Origin: the human T2T-CHM13v2.0 reference genome, Homo sapiens
Length of the DNA stretch: 64,000 nt
Strand: one strand, 5' to 3'
NCBI RefSeq assembly: GCF_009914755.1
Contig: NC_060927.1
Shown: positions 1-14,978 of the stretch, in pieces
Position numbering within the stretch: the stretch's first letter is position 1
How the letters are laid out: each line of letters starts with the position of its first letter
Made by a program: the position numbers and the translations under genes
Notes under the pieces: model-generated
Seen by the model: only the letters and a program-made list of their open reading frames with translations
What the model was told of the DNA's origin: nothing
The model's database searches: none

Positions 1-500
1 ATTGAGCATCTGCTGTGCACAAGACAGGTGGGGGACACAGTAGCAAGACATACACAAGTCCCTTCTTTGGGAGAACCACCCTCTCCCACTTATATAGTCC
101 TGGCGGATGGTCAATCATGGTGCCTCACTTGATACCTATAAGGTCAAGTGACTCAAGCCAGGAATCAAAGTCCCCTCTTGAATTTCTCTATGAAGTGAAT
201 TTCTTATTTCTATGGAGTTACTAAGCTAGGTATATGTGGGCCTAGTTGATAGTGACCACATTGCCCATGATGTAGAAGGAGTCTATTTAAAGAATAAAGC
301 TGGGCAGAGACAAGCAGATCCTCAAGGGGAGAGAAAAAGATAGAGGGAGAGAGAAAGGCTTACCAAGAAGAAATTGAGGCCCTGAATTCAGCCACAGCTG
401 AAGCCAGCACATTCTAGACTTTCCGGTTGTCAGTGGCTGAATTTCCTCATGTGATTGCTGGTTTGATTTAGGTTTCTGATACTCGCCAAATAATCCTGAC
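1..500 (+). mobile_element. Old MaLR LTR (MLT1J/K/L-like), degenerate
   Basis: Resembles the MLT1 3' end (cctgaattcagcc...ctagactttcc...ggtttctgatactcg...aatcctgac). Confidence 0.5.
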
Positions 501-1879
501 CTAAATAATTTCTATCTCTTCTGTAAAATGTTATAAGCACCTATGCATCAAAATAGTATTAATGGAGATTAAATAACAAATGTCTAGTGTAATGGTTAGG
601 TGTTAAGCAGATGGTAGATGCTTAGTAACAGTTTATTTATCTATTCATAGGACCAAGAAAGAGTAAGACGAAGTAACTCTACTAGTATTTTTATATTCAG
701 TATTATTTAACTCTGTTTCCCTTTGTAATGACTGCATAATATTCCATTATATTGAGATAAAATGAATTATTTCACCAATCTCTTATTGTTGGACTTCGAA
801 TTTTACATGGCTTTGAATTTTTCTCTCTCATAAGCAATTAGCCTTGCACTTTACACATATTTTAAATTATTTCCTTAAGATAAAAACCCAGAAGTTGATT
901 ATCTTCCTGATTTTGAAGGCAGAAGTTTCTAATTTTTTCCACATTAAATACATCCCTAACCTGTGACCTCTTATCTGAGTGAAAATTTTGAATTCCAACT
1001 TTTGACTACACCCCAGGCCCTGAAATCTTATGCTGTTGTAGAAGAGATCTCCCAAAAAAGACCTACAAAGATAATTTTCTTCCCAGAGAATAAAAAAACT
1101 AAAATAAAAATAACTTGTTCTAAGGAGCCTGACATTAAAACATTTGCTTTGAAACTTGAGATACTAAGGAAACATCACAAATTAAATTCAAGCTGTGTTT
1201 AAGTACGCAGAAGTCAGGCTTTAATTATCAGGGAGAAATCCCCAAGACAGGCATGAATTTGCATAGCCGCGCAAGCGTAGGCCCAGTGCTGGGCTCTGCA
1301 TGCCCTCAGCTTTGGCAGTATCCTTTCTCATTGAGACTCAAAAAGTGAAGTTCAAAACCATTAACAGCTCCTCTGGCCAAAAATGGAAGAAAAAACAAAC
1401 ATACAGAAATCCCATGTGATTTTTTTTTAGCATAATGGAATTCTTTATAAGTTGCATCCTGGGGTATCTGCAATGCCCGCAGTTCTGTATGTGGCAACCC
1501 AGCAGATGGTCAGGGAGCAGCAAAAGTGGTAATAGTCTATCCAACTCTGCCTGCTGCAGTCGGCCTTGGGGAGCTTCTAAATAAATCTGGTGGCTCCTTT
1601 CAAACCCAAAGTTAAGCCATCTTCCGCAGCTTTCATTGGCTTTGTTTGTTTGTTTGTTTGTTTCACTCATTCTGTAAATAGTTGATTCAAGATTGAAAAA
1701 ACTAAGACCAAACTACATGGGATTTGTGTTCCTGATTAGAAGATATAGCTGGTAGAAGGCTGATTCTGGGCTTTATGAAACCCTCATGCATTAAGAGTTG
1801 GCACACTTAGGGGAACAGGGCAGGTGAGGGGGCCAGGGAAAGGAAAGAATTGATGACATTAGGGCATATTCATGGACAC

Positions 1880-2450
1880 TCCCTGTGGAATGGTCTCCGA
1901 CCTCCAGTCTTCCATTCTTCCAATCTGTTATTTCAAATAGAGCTGTGTTTACACCATTGTATCTCTGGCTTATAGAAATAAAACGTCTCTCCTCACATCA
2001 GCATTCAAGGCCCTCCTAAGCGTTCACATGCTCTTCAGAGCTATCTCCCGTCATCCCCGGTATTCCATGTTTTAGTCAAACTGTACAATTTGCCATTCCC
2101 TAATCACACTGTAAAAATTCCTATTCTGCATAGCTACTGAGCTGCTACCTGCCACCTGGAAGGTCCTCCTCCCTTCTCCCTCCCAGCCTATCAAAATTCA
2201 ACTCATCTTCAAAGACCCATCTCACAGGCTATCTGTTCCACGAAGTATTTCTTCACTACCCATGTCCTTATCCCCAAAGATATGTGATTTCTCCCTCTTC
2301 TAAACCTCCCAGCTCTGTGTAAAAATCATTCTTTGTGCAAATCCATTATTACCTTGCACTTTCATTGGATGTGGTTTTGTCTGATCCCCCCTGCTAGATA
2401 TCAAATATCTGAAGGACAAGGATTATTTCCAACACAGCTATTGTCCCCTA
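1880..2450 (+). mobile_element. L2 LINE 3' fragment
   Basis: L2-like motifs (gcattcaaggccct, cctggaagg...ctcatcttcaaagaccc, ccccctgctagata...gaaggacaagga). Confidence 0.5.
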
Positions 2451-5400
2451 AAGGCAGTATTTAAAATGAAATTAATGATCTTCATCAAGGATAGGGTCTG
2501 AGTTTGCTCATCTACTCAACACACATTTGTTGGGTTCCTGAAAATATATATTCTAAGGGAAACATAGAAACATATAAAAGAACCCCCCAAAATATAGACT
2601 ACGCACTCTCCAACATCTGGGTCTATAATATTGGAGGTACCCATCATGACTGTTACAGTTTAACATCAGGGTTTTGAAAATCACAATAAGCATCAATGTT
2701 ATCAAGACCACGCCTCATCTCAGAAGAGACTCAGCTTGCTATTTTAAAATGGTGGAGTCTAATTCTTCTCAAATACTCCCTTCCACATGCGTACTAAAAT
2801 GTATGGGAAATCTACCTAACCATGGGATCTTAAAGTTTTACTGTTGTGCACTTTGTTCTCATTAATCATTTTGTAAGAGGAAAATGAAATTAAAAATAGT
2901 ATACCTGCTGTCCCTGCAGTCTTTGTTCCTCTCTGAAAAGGTGGAATTTGGCCTTACTTTTGCCTTTCTCTTTAAAATAGGTATTAATCATTGTGTTTTT
3001 TCAAGGCAAATTCAAATTTATAAACTTCCAAAACATCCTTTCAGTCACTGGTTACTAACGCTTATCTGTTTTCTGGTTGAGGGAGGTTACTTGATAAATA
3101 GGTAATCCGAAAACTAGAGATTTACTCTTGAATAACAGCCAACCTTTTAAAGACTCAGTTATGAATTACCCTCAAAGAGAAGGAAGGAATTAGTAATATT
3201 CTGTATTCAAAATTCAGAAAATTTCTAAATGCTCATAAAAAGACAGTATTTCTTTTCTACCACGTGGAATAAAAGAAAGCTAATTCACCCAGACTTTATA
3301 CTCTTGCTTATATAAAGTAATTTGATTGATATATAATAATTTGATGATACATGAACGTATTCCTAAGGTGCTTAGTGTTAAGTAAAACTAATGAAATTTT
3401 TCCAGAAGAAAAAAATTGTCTGGCTGGACAAAGGTGACCCCGCCTAGATCTATGATCCTAGGACAATGCCACCCTTTCAGTTTCCTGCTTAGACATCAGT
3501 TTCCTGTCCAGCAAAATGAGCTCGTTGAAGGTAGGACTGGTTTTGCTATCCCTGAAGAACCAGCTCTAAGCAGGACAGAGCCCAACACAGAGCAGACATT
3601 CAGTAAGTGCTTATCAAAGGAATGAACTCCAAGCTCCAATGTGTGTGTACATGGCTCTTTAACTAAAATTCAAACCCTCACATCCACTTGACTTTCAGTC
3701 CAAAGCAACCATACATCTGTGTGAGTGTTCTTCTTGGGTGTCCTGGGACAGCAAAACAAGTGGCACTTTCAGTTGTGATTTAACTCGAAATCTTTCTAAT
3801 TGAGTCTTGCTACCTACTAAATCAAATTGTTCCAAAGGCCTCCATTTTCACCAAAATTCCACCTTTAACTGTGCTTTCTTCTCCTTCTCCTCCTCCTCCT
3901 CCTTCCTCTTCTTATTCTTATTCTTCTTCTTTTTGTATGCTCTCTGAACTATCTCTTTTGCTATGAGATTATTCAAAGTCTTCTGTCCTGTCTAAAGCAT
4001 TGTTCTTGCAACAAGGATCCAACACCTGCTGACTCTGAGTAAGGCATTATGCTAGGTATAGTCGCCTAAGCCTGAGTCTCTCTATCCTCGCTTGCCCTCT
4101 CATTTTAAAGTTTATCTCTCCAAAACAGAAATACTTTCCCTTCCCAAAGCTCTTGAATTAGGGAAAGAGGTCAGAAATTAAATGCTGTCTCATCACTCTT
4201 GTTTAGAAGTATAGAATCTTTATTGGTTTGTGAAAGTGGAAAATAATAACTCTTTTTGCCATTTAAAATTGAACAACAGCTAAGTAGAAGTGACAGGATA
4301 GATTTAAATTAGAAAGGTTCTATTAAATCAACCGAAGTCAAAGCCGATTTCACTCCAGGAACTGTATGCATAAAAAGGTGTAATTATGAAAACTTGATAT
4401 TCTGCTACTTTATGCATATTCACTTTATGAACTTAGACCTCCAGAAGCCTCCTAGACTGCTTTCTCATTTTTAATAAGTATTAGAATAAGGCATGCCCTG
4501 ATGGGATTAAAGGAGGGAGGAGGTTTGTGTGTGTGTGTGTGATTTTTTTCCTCCCTTAGTTTAGCAGTAATATTAAGACAAAAATGTAGCTATTCTGCTG
4601 GGTTTTGTGTGTGTTTTAAGAGTGTTGCAAATAAAATGAACCTCAGGGAGTCAGCAAAGAAATTATAGTTTTCCAATTAGGGGGACAACGGATCCATCAG
4701 GGAAAATATCTTATTAATTGCAGCTTCTAAAGAACATGAATGAGTCTCTCTGAAGTCACTGAGAATATTTATCTTTGTAAAAGGAGAGAATTTCAGAGAA
4801 TTACCAGAAGATTTAGTAATCTAAAACCCAGGGCTATCAGTTGGGTCATGTTTCCATCAACAGAACATCATAGTGGACAACGCAGGTGAAGGGACAATTG
4901 AGAATTAGCTCAAACTGAGCAGCTAACTTGCACCTGTCCATTCTACATGGGAGCCAACCTCAGAACATTGTGAGGTTTCATCACACTCAAGATAAGAAGT
5001 CTATTAAGGAAAGATGTCAAGACCGTTAAGAGGCTGATTTTTGTACTCCATTTTCTCCCATCTCCAAAATAAATATTAATGCTGCGGCCCCTCAATTTCT
5101 TGAAGCTTTAAGGATATAATACTAGAGTGAAAGGGATCAGAATGAATGCTGGGAGCAGCTTTGAAGTCATCATCACTTTCTACGTCCTCCCTCTGTTTTA
5201 TCAGTGGAAGCCTAGAGAAGTTATCAATTGCCAAAGTCACACAGTTGGTTCACTGAACCCTTCATTATTTCTCAGGATGTCCAAGAAACACCATCATGTA
5301 GTTCAGGTCCATCTTGCCAGTTAGTTCTGCCATCTCATTGTTCTATGTCAACCTGGTTCAGGACAGAGGATGTGTGAAAGGAATGTGTGGGTTGTGTTGT

Positions 5401-6069
5401 GAATTTTCTTGTCATCATTTACATAAATACAAAAGCCAACTTGGGGACAGGATGCCGCCGCCAAATTGAGTCAGATTTAATGAGCTTTTGCAAAGAATAT
5501 TTATTTCTAAGACATTCTAAATTTCAAGCTACCAGGTGGGCCCACTGGTGGGTAAAAGCCATTAGCTGAATGTCAGGGCTTCTTTTCCACCCTTAGAATC
5601 TGGACTCTTTTCTTTCCCTGCTGTGGATGATGGAATCTAAAATATTTATGTGGCTTTATAATGACTATTTAACATTTACAGGCACCTGGTATTTGCCAAA
5701 ATGCTTGACAGTCAGTGTTTACTAACAGGAAAGTAACTACTAGAAAATCTGCCCTGTAATATTTGGGGAGCAAGTCCCTTTGAAGCTAGAGAGAGTGTTT
5801 TGGGGAACAATATTCAGGCCAATGATACAGAGTGAAATTTATTTCCCACATTTTGCCTGTGGCCTCACATTTAAACTTTCCCATAGTTTACTAAACTTCA
5901 TTCCAAAAATCCTGACAGGTAGCGTGATTACTATGTGTTGCATTTATTCATCAAGCATTTAGTAAGCATCAACTAGATGTTGAGGATGAAGGATTAATAA
6001 AACTCCACCCAAGTATGGGTTAAGTGCTCTTCCCATGATGCCTTGTGTCTAGCCATAAGAGAATGAGTA

Positions 6070-6220
6070 ATTCTCAGTGGTGAAGTGGGGGCAAAGTGAG
6101 GAGAAGTGGAATCTGGCAATGGGATACTGCTAAACATCCCATGAGGCAAAGGATACTCTAAAACAACAATGAATTATCTGGTCCAAAATGTCAATAGTGC
6201 CGAGGTGGGAAAACCATACT
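6070..6220 (+). mobile_element. MER20-like hAT DNA transposon fragment
   Basis: gatactgctaaacatcc...aattatctggtccaaaatgtcaatagtgccgaggtgggaaaacc matches the MER20 3' end. Confidence 0.65.
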
Positions 6221-8114
6221 GTAAGCCCATCTTTCTGGTTTATACTTGTTGGTTACATATCAGCCTCTACCACCATATCATAAGATCTTTGAGTGCAGAG
6301 ATCTTATCTTATTCTTCACTGTATCCCAGCACACAACACATATACAGAACTCAATACATAGTGTTGAATGAATTAATGAAGGTGGTGTCCTATCCCTCAG
6401 GGAACCCACAATCTCAGGGGTAGAGATAGATAGATAAGCAGGCAATTTAAGGATAAAATGTGTTCAGTCTTCAAAGTACAGTCAGATAAAAGCTATTTTT
6501 CTGTGACTTTATAATTTATCATCCAAGTAGATAAATTTTTGAAAGTGTGGGCGAGCACTTTCAAATAATTAAGTCAGGGCCATGAGTGAATCCCTGTAAC
6601 AGGCCTCTCCCACATACACATGACTGTGTATGTGCCACATAAGGGCACACACACAGTCAAACCTACCTATATAGCCCACATGTTCCTAAGCACCCGCATT
6701 GAAGCAGGTGCAAGCACTTCACAGAATCCACCCCCACAAGCATGAGCTGAGTATTAGATGTATAGCAGAGTTAACAGGACCCAGAAAAGTTGACATTGCG
6801 TGTTACACAGCAAAAAGTTAATGAAAAGAAATAAATAGAAGCTTATTAAATGACTTGTTCTTTATTCCAGGCCCTCGTTTCATACCCACCCTCTGCCAAC
6901 AGCAATTTTCTCCTCTGCTTCTTGAACCTCTTCCTACCAGCCTCTCTGGCCTTCCAGATTTTTCTTCTTCCATGATCCCCTGTTCCTCTTTCTCATCATA
7001 AAGATGTGGCACACTCTCAGCTCCTATTCCCACATCCATTAGCCCCCCTCAGTCACCAAGGGGTCTCCCTGCTTAGGAACCAATTAGAGATTGTAAATAA
7101 AAATAACTTTTCCCAGATACGCTTCTCATGGCTCCAAGCTGTAGTGAAGGTTTCTTCAATGCAGTGGCTGGGATTGTGGGGAAAAGCTTTATAGAGAAAA
7201 TAATATTCCAACAGACTCTGCTTACTCAGAGAAAATGTCAGTTTACTCAAAGGAAATTTAATCAAAAAAACATGGAAAATCACAAAAGGTCTGGACCTCA
7301 TGTTTTCTCAGTGGATAGAAACAGTTGCCTTCACCAGGAGCATACTTTGTTAGGGGTCGGAAACAAAGATCTCAAGTGGAAACTTGCGAAAGGGTGAAGT
7401 GAATAAGAAGAGTGTGGTTTATGGCTTTTCCAAGCCTACACACTTTGGAAGAAAGATACTGAGGCTTCACATTAACTTTTTCCTTTTATGCTAAACTCTA
7501 TTTCAGTAAAAACTAAACCAACTGTTTATAATCTTTAATGCAGTTATTGTGCAAATAAACATTTCTTCATGATCCAAGTGTCATTTTTTTATTATGAGCA
7601 AATACTAGAGACAATAAAGTTACTATCTTTAACTTTAGGTAGAATAACTTCCTTCATTTTGTAGTCCCTTCTGACACTACAGCTACAAAGAAATCCCCAA
7701 ATGACACTGTAATATACTGTGCTTTCTTTTACTAGATTTTAAAAAGACCCTCCTTGACACAAGATCAGCAGCGTCCATCATCCCTGTATAGCCTTTGAGA
7801 TTTCACAACTTTGTATGTGAGGTTGATATCAAGTTAACCTGTCAGAATAAAATGTTACTTGGTATTTAACATATTCTATTCCAATTGGCTTCCTCTGAGT
7901 ACGTGAAACAAATACCAAATGATAATTTATATGAGCACAAGAGAATTGTTGCTAATTTTAGAAAGTTCCTAGCCATTTCCCTCACCCAAAGTTAGCAAAG
8001 GAATTCCCAGTTGGAATGACTTTCCAAGTTTTTCTTAAAACTGTATCATCATTGTTCTTAACAGTATGTCAAGCCAGTCCACAGTTTTCCATGCATAGAA
8101 AACACGTTATCTGG

Positions 8115-8445
<331 letters not shown>

Positions 8446-10519
8446 TTATCTAAGCCTTCTTCCCAATCATTAGTAAACATGTTGACCAGGACAAAGGTGG
8501 ACCTCAGAAACCTGTGATCCTTGAAGAGCCATTTGCACATTCACTCTACCCCTACAGGATACATTTTTTTTTAACCTAGTCAAACTGGCTGAACCAGTTT
8601 TTAATCTCTGGTCTATACTGTGAGGGGGCAAATCTCACTGAAAAGATTCATTAGTGACAGCTAAATGTAAGGTGTAGCGATGAAAGGACTGGGCAGATCT
8701 GGGCCTGTTGGCAATCTGAAAAACAGATGGCTATGCAAATACAATTCTCAGACTCAGTTGTAAGGTAAACTGTGAACCAGGGAGCAGCATGTGGCTGGGT
8801 AAACGCAATGCTTAAATGCTGTCTGCATGTTTACATTCAGATCTTAGAAACTGAAATCTTCCTAATTGAATTCAACAAACAATTGAATTGAGAAATGATT
8901 TATGTGCAAAATACTGCGCTAGGCCCTGAGGCCCAGAGAAAGTTGAATTATAGAGTACCCTGAATTTAGGGATATTTGGTTCACCAAGACCCACATGGAG
9001 AGGAAAGCCAATAGCTATATATGAAGAAAGGACAAGGAATTGAATTGATTCCAACCAGAGCAACTTGGGAACTGTTTTTTTGGAAGGGAGGGACAGGAGA
9101 AGGTCAAATGTGAGAAAAAAATGTGGGCTTCTAGGGGCAAATACAGTGGGGAGCTTTTTCTGTGAGAAGAGAACTAGAGTAATGGATCAGAAACAGGAGA
9201 GGGAAGAGGTAGTGTGTAGGTGTATGAATGTAGGTATGTGTGAGTGGGGGTATGTGAATGCTTGTGAAGCTGAGTAAATTATTTAAAGTTGGAGGACTTA
9301 GTAAGAAATAAAGCTATTAAAAGTAGGATGGGCCTAATTGTAGTGCATGGATACATTCTGTAAAGGATTTCTCACCCCTCCTCAAAAAAGTACGTGTTTC
9401 CAAGGCATGATGAATTCTAAGTCACTTATGTATACAACTGGAAGGGTTACGTAGGAGACGGGTATTAGCAAGCCTGCGTTTTTAAAAGCTTTTGTTAACA
9501 ATTAAATAATCTGCTGGTAATAGAGGCAAGGAGGGGGATGTTTATTACGAGGTAATGGCAACAGATTAGAGAGAGCAATAGAGTCTAATCACAATGTGAA
9601 CTCTTTCTTGAAGGCTTACTACATGACAGACACAAACTAAGTGCTTCACATGCACTATGTCATTTAAAAGTCACAGAACTCCTAGAAGCGAAGTGTTTTT
9701 ATTCCCATTGCAAGTAAGGCCCAAGATGTGTGCAATCCAAGGCTCAAGCTGGGAATCACCACCTCCTGTCTTCCCTTGGGATAGTGTAAGGTGGTGATTA
9801 CCAGCGTAGGCCCTGGACCTCACAGTTCTCACTTCACTTCTGGCTCAACCATTTACAAGCCATGTTACTTACCTTGGGCCTCACTTGAAATAGGTAGGGA
9901 GGAGGTGCTAAAGAAGGCTGTTGGCAATTCAGCATGTGGCATGAGATTTTGTCATCAGCCAAGCTGATACATGCAGGTGAAGAAGTAGGTGTAAGGAGAG
10001 AGTGAGTTAGGTTTAGACAAGTCAAATCAAAGGAGCATAGGTCTTCCATGTGTGGATAGTAGCAAAGAGTTGAGGGGTGGATCTGAAATTCTCGTGAGGG
10101 ATAAGAACAGGAAGAGAGAGGAGGTGTGAGAGTGGAAGCTATGACTTCAAGACTCATATTTTACGGATAAATAGAAAAAGGGCTCTCAAAGACAACTTTC
10201 ATGAACTTAATAGCTGGCAATACTGACCATCAGATCTCCCATCTAAAAGATTTTGAAATGAGTAAATGGAGGTTTTCCTTAACCATCCCTAACCAAAGAG
10301 AAAGACAGTGGTATTTTTTTCTTCTGTATAATTTTAACAAGGTAAATAGAGCCCAGAACCTGTATCTCAATGAAATAGCCATCCAAGAGCCTGACTTGCC
10401 TGCATGGCAGAACTTGTAGAGTTCAGCAAGGCAGATACACCCAGCCAATATGCTCAACTGGTAGAGTTTGCTTTGCTAGGAATCCTGGAATCACACATTC
10501 TCAGAGTTGGGCCCCCAAC

Positions 10520-11250
10520 TACCATCTTCCCAGCCAGAAACCTGGGTGTTTCCTATGACACTTCCTCTACACCCTTAAATCAAATCCCCCACTAAACTCC
10601 ATTAAATCCATCTTCTTATCTCTTCCTTGAGTCCAGCTGCCACTTCCCTAATCCAGACTGTTGTCACCTCTCGTTTAAAGTTCAACTGCAATTTCCTACT
10701 GGTTTTCTCCTTCCCTCAAATCCAATTTCCATGGGGCAATATATGTATATTTGTTATCACATCCTTTAAGGATCTCTTAAAGGTGAAGAACCGCTGTTCA
10801 AACCCATTTTAGGCAAATAAATTAAGGTCTTCATTTCCTAGGTTGATAAACTTACCAGGCTTGCTCCCATCTCAGGGGCTCCCTGCCTCCCCTTCCTTCT
10901 GCCTGGAAGGCTCTTCCCCAGATATTCACATGGCTGGCTCCCATATTTTCTTCAAGTGTTTATGCAAAACCCACCTTCTCAATAAAGTTTCCCTGGCCAC
11001 CTCATCTAGAACTTCAGCACCCATTTCCCCAACATACTTCACTTTTATCTTTCTTTCCTGAATTATCGTTTCTCCAAAATATTTACCACTATCCAAACTA
11101 CCACATACTTCACTAATTTACCTTGTTCATTGTCTGTCCCCTACACAAGAACATATATTTGGCAAGGGCAGGGGTTTGTGTCTGCTTTTGTCCAAGACTA
11201 TATTTCCAGTGTTTAGAAAGATGCTCAACATGAGGTGCAAAGTGAATGAT
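10520..11250 (+). mobile_element. L2 LINE 3' fragment
   Basis: L2a-like motifs (ttctgcctggaaggctcttccccagatattcacatggctggctcc; aagggcaggggtttgtgtctg). Confidence 0.6.
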
Positions 11251-11390
11251 CAATGATGTTTATTGACTTTTTGTTGTTTCTGTTGGTGTTTTTATATGGT
11301 CCTGGATTATCTGGCTAATTTTCCCAGTTCTCATTTAAAGTGAATAAGTAATTTCAAATGGTTTCTGAGGTTGGTTCCTCATATTTAACT

Positions 11391-11393
<3 letters not shown>

Positions 11394-11432
<39 letters not shown>

Positions 11433-11437
11433 CACAC
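11394..11437. repeat. (CA)n microsatellite
   Basis: About 22 CA units with one CG interruption. Confidence 0.95.
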
Positions 11438-14324
11438 AAATATGCTGTTATCTGTCATTTTAAGAAAGAACACTCTAGTGTTTCTCCTTAGTCTTGAATG
11501 CCAAGTATTAGGGGGCAAAATGGGGGGAGGACTGTTCATTTTAAAAATATTAAAAATGAATTATGAATTTTCATTTGAAAGATTTTCTCATTCATGCTTA
11601 TAAATAGCCATTATATGACCCAATTGAGCTAGGAGGTCTCTAATAGCTAAGGAGAAATTCATCCTCGCAGCCATTTCATATTGAGAACCAAAGAAGTTGG
11701 TGAATATTAGAAAAAAGAAATCCCTGTATTCATCACTTTTTTATGAGCAAAGTTCATCAAAACCACTGTAGAATAGAACTCAGAGTTTTGAGAAAGTCCT
11801 GTTAGTCTTGCAGAAAATGTATGTTTATTGATAATACTCAGGTGATTTAGCAAACACAACAGTATCTGTGGGAATGATTGCGTTCCTTTGCCAAAATGCA
11901 CAGAATTAAGTGCCCTGGGGCAAATAAAAATGTGACTCAGAAAAATACTTTAAAAACTATTCTTTCCTCATAGCAATACAAATCCAAAGTCAGGCATGAC
12001 CTGTGGGGAGTTAAATGGCAATGTAGACTTCAGAATAAGGTAGAGATAATACCAACAAAAGCCAGACCCATGATGCAGTACAAGTGTCTCAAGGGAGACA
12101 TTCAGCTGGGTAGCTATTGTGTAGTCTCCAGGACGTGGAAGCATTAAGCTAATATGAACATCAGCCTTTTTTAACACAGTGCCAAGCTAGTCAGATACAG
12201 ATACAGTTCCCAGTTAGTGAGTCTCTGGTTATGAAACCTAGTGTATTTTTCCAATTGTGGTCAAATGGGTTGGCATTCAGCATGCATGGTCTCATTTCCA
12301 GAAAGGCTTCACTTCTGTCACTCGTGATCTGCTTTGGGAATTCATCCTTGACAAGTTAGTCTCCTTATACAGTTCTGGCAAATTAGTCTCATTATACAGT
12401 TCTGGCCTGTGGTAACTACATCTGGAAATAACGTTAACGGTTTACATATATTGTGTATTTACCATATGTCAGGCATATAATGAATGTTTCATATGTTACA
12501 TGTCATTTAATCTTCACAACAGTTTTGTGAGGTAGGTAGTATTGCCCATTTCACAGATTTGGAAAATAAAGCATAGGCGGTATAGGGATCTTGGCTAAAG
12601 CCATACAATGAGTCAGTGAAGATGAATCCAGAACTGACTTCAGAACTGTAACAATTAACCCCTGTACTCTACACTCTACTGCCTTTGTAAAGAATGAAAA
12701 GTGAAGAGACAGAGAAATGGTAAAGAAAGGATCCCTCAGGGGTGTTTTCCACCACTGTCCTGAACACAATCAGAAAAGCTCCATACTAAATCAGAAAAAC
12801 AAACTCAACCAGTCTCTGTTCCAAAGCGATACTTCATAAACTGCATCAAGGGAGCACTGCGTTGAGAACCATTACCTTGAAACCCTTCGGGAAGGTTGGT
12901 GGAGGAGGGAGGTTGTATGTTGGGGACAGGGGTAGGTGGTTGTAGCACTAAAGCAACACCAAACAAAAGAAAGTTCCTGCTCATTCCAAATCAGTAACAG
13001 TAACATAGTAGATTGCATTGTATAGTCATCAGTCATACAATCATTCAAAAACATGCATTTATCAAAACGTAAAGCAAACAAACAAACACACGCACACATA
13101 AGAAAGATGCTGAGAAAGAAAATGAAGCATTTCCAACCTACAGGCAACCTGCCATCTCATCAAAAAGCATAAGCACGAGTATGCGTCCATCTCAGCTCCC
13201 TCATGATCCCCACAGTGAGAGCTCTTTCTGAACTGAAGCAATTCCAGTGTTCAAAGATATGTATTTTTGTACAACACGATCCTAAATACAAACCAACACC
13301 TTTATGCATGCACAAAAGCAAGGGCACCACTCACTCCAGGAGACTTGAAAGGTTTATTAAAGTTTACTTTGACTCTTGCTGGTTTTCTTATTACAAAAAA
13401 AAAAATTAAAACTCATCTCCCCTCATGTATGATTGAACTCTCCCATATTTCCAACACATTTTAAAAGGTTATTGTGATTTCAAGTGTGGATTTCTTTTTA
13501 ACTTAAGCTAGACACAATTACTTTAACAGGTACCATAATTTGGCTTTCACATTCTCTCAAAATCATCAAAACAGTACTTGCAAAATGTTTGCTTCCCAGG
13601 TGTTTTCCAATAGATTCAATACTATTTGCCATGGTGCATAAACTGAATGAGAGTGGTCTGTGAAATACGGAATCAAGATGTTGCATACTTACCTCCAGAA
13701 TTGAGTGCGGCTTTCTTTGTGCTCTGGAAAACACTTTCTATTTGGCTTCATTTTAGTAACAGTGAAAAAGATCAAAAACTGGAATAATATTATGAGAAGC
13801 ACTTAACGGGGGAGCTCTGAAAACTGGTAGAAGATTATTACTTCTTTAGCTAAGTTCTGCAAATTTGTGGGGAATCAGGGGTCCTCTTTATGAGTAAGAA
13901 TATCTTATGAAGAACCTTCGCTTTTTTTAGTAGCTAATTCCTTTTTCTCATCAACAGGACACAATATGGCATATAATCAGATTTCATCATAACAGATTTT
14001 AATATACCATAGATCATATGGTGTCCCCATAGCATAACTACTCATGACCAGATTCTAATAATATGCAAATTTAGCTAAGTGCATATTATTGGACTTTTGT
14101 CTGATAATGTTGGTCTTGATCCGCTGATATTCAGCTCCATGGTTTCATTAAGCAGTCAATTAGGAAAAAAGAGAAAAGCAGCATATATGTATTTCTTCTT
14201 TATTTTGGTAAAGGATTTTTACTTTATCTGCTTATATTGATAAGATATGACACAGGAATAGGTGCTACAGGATTTACAAAAATACATTTGACACAGTCAC
14301 AGTAAGGCATAATCTCAGCAAATC

Positions 14325-14511
14325 CTTAATGGTTAGGGACCCAGGCTCTGGAATCGGACTGCATTTGTGCCCCGGTTCTACCACTTACTAGCTGGTTAAC
14401 CCTGGATAATTTACTAAACCTCTCTGTGCCTCTGTATTTTCACCTGTTCATTGATGATAATAATAGTACCTATCCTATCACTGAGAATTTGATGAGATTA
14501 GCTCATGTAAG
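14325..14511 (+). mobile_element. MIR, 5' part (interrupted by the HERV-H insertion)
   Basis: ggctctggaatcggactg...taccacttactagctg...aacctctctgtgcctc...aataatagtaccta...gatgagattagctcatgtaag. Confidence 0.8.
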
Positions 14512-14978
14512 TGTCACGCGTGTCCGTATAGAAGACCACCTAAACAGGCTTTGTGTGAGCAACAAGGCTGTTGATTCACTTGGGTGCATGTGGGCTGAGT
14601 CCAAAAAGAGAGTCAGCGAGGGGAGACAGGAAAGGGGCAGCTTTATAGGACTGGGGTAGGCAGTGGAAAGTTACAGACTGAGGTGGTTATCTATTGTTAG
14701 CAGAGAAGGTCACAAAGTGCATGGTGGGGAGATCATAAGACTCATTGTCCAGAAGAAGAATGTCACAAGGTCAGTTGATCAGTTGGGGCAGGGCAGGAAC
14801 AAGTCATAATGGTGGAATGTCATAAGGTTGGTCAATCAGTTAAGGCAGGAGATGGCTGTTTCACTTCTTCTGTGGTTTTTCAGCTGCTCCAGACTTCTTG
14901 GCTCCTGTAGGCCATGTGGACATATATGTGCAGGCCACAGGGGTTACAATGGCTGAGCTTTGGCTAAGAGGCCTGACA
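14512..14978 (-). mobile_element. HERV-H 3' LTR (LTR7C-like), complete
   Basis: Reverse complement reads TGTCAGGCCTCT...ACGCGTGACA with TG...CA termini and is preceded by the polypurine tract taaaaagacaggaa; TATA-like cctataaag present. Confidence 0.9.
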
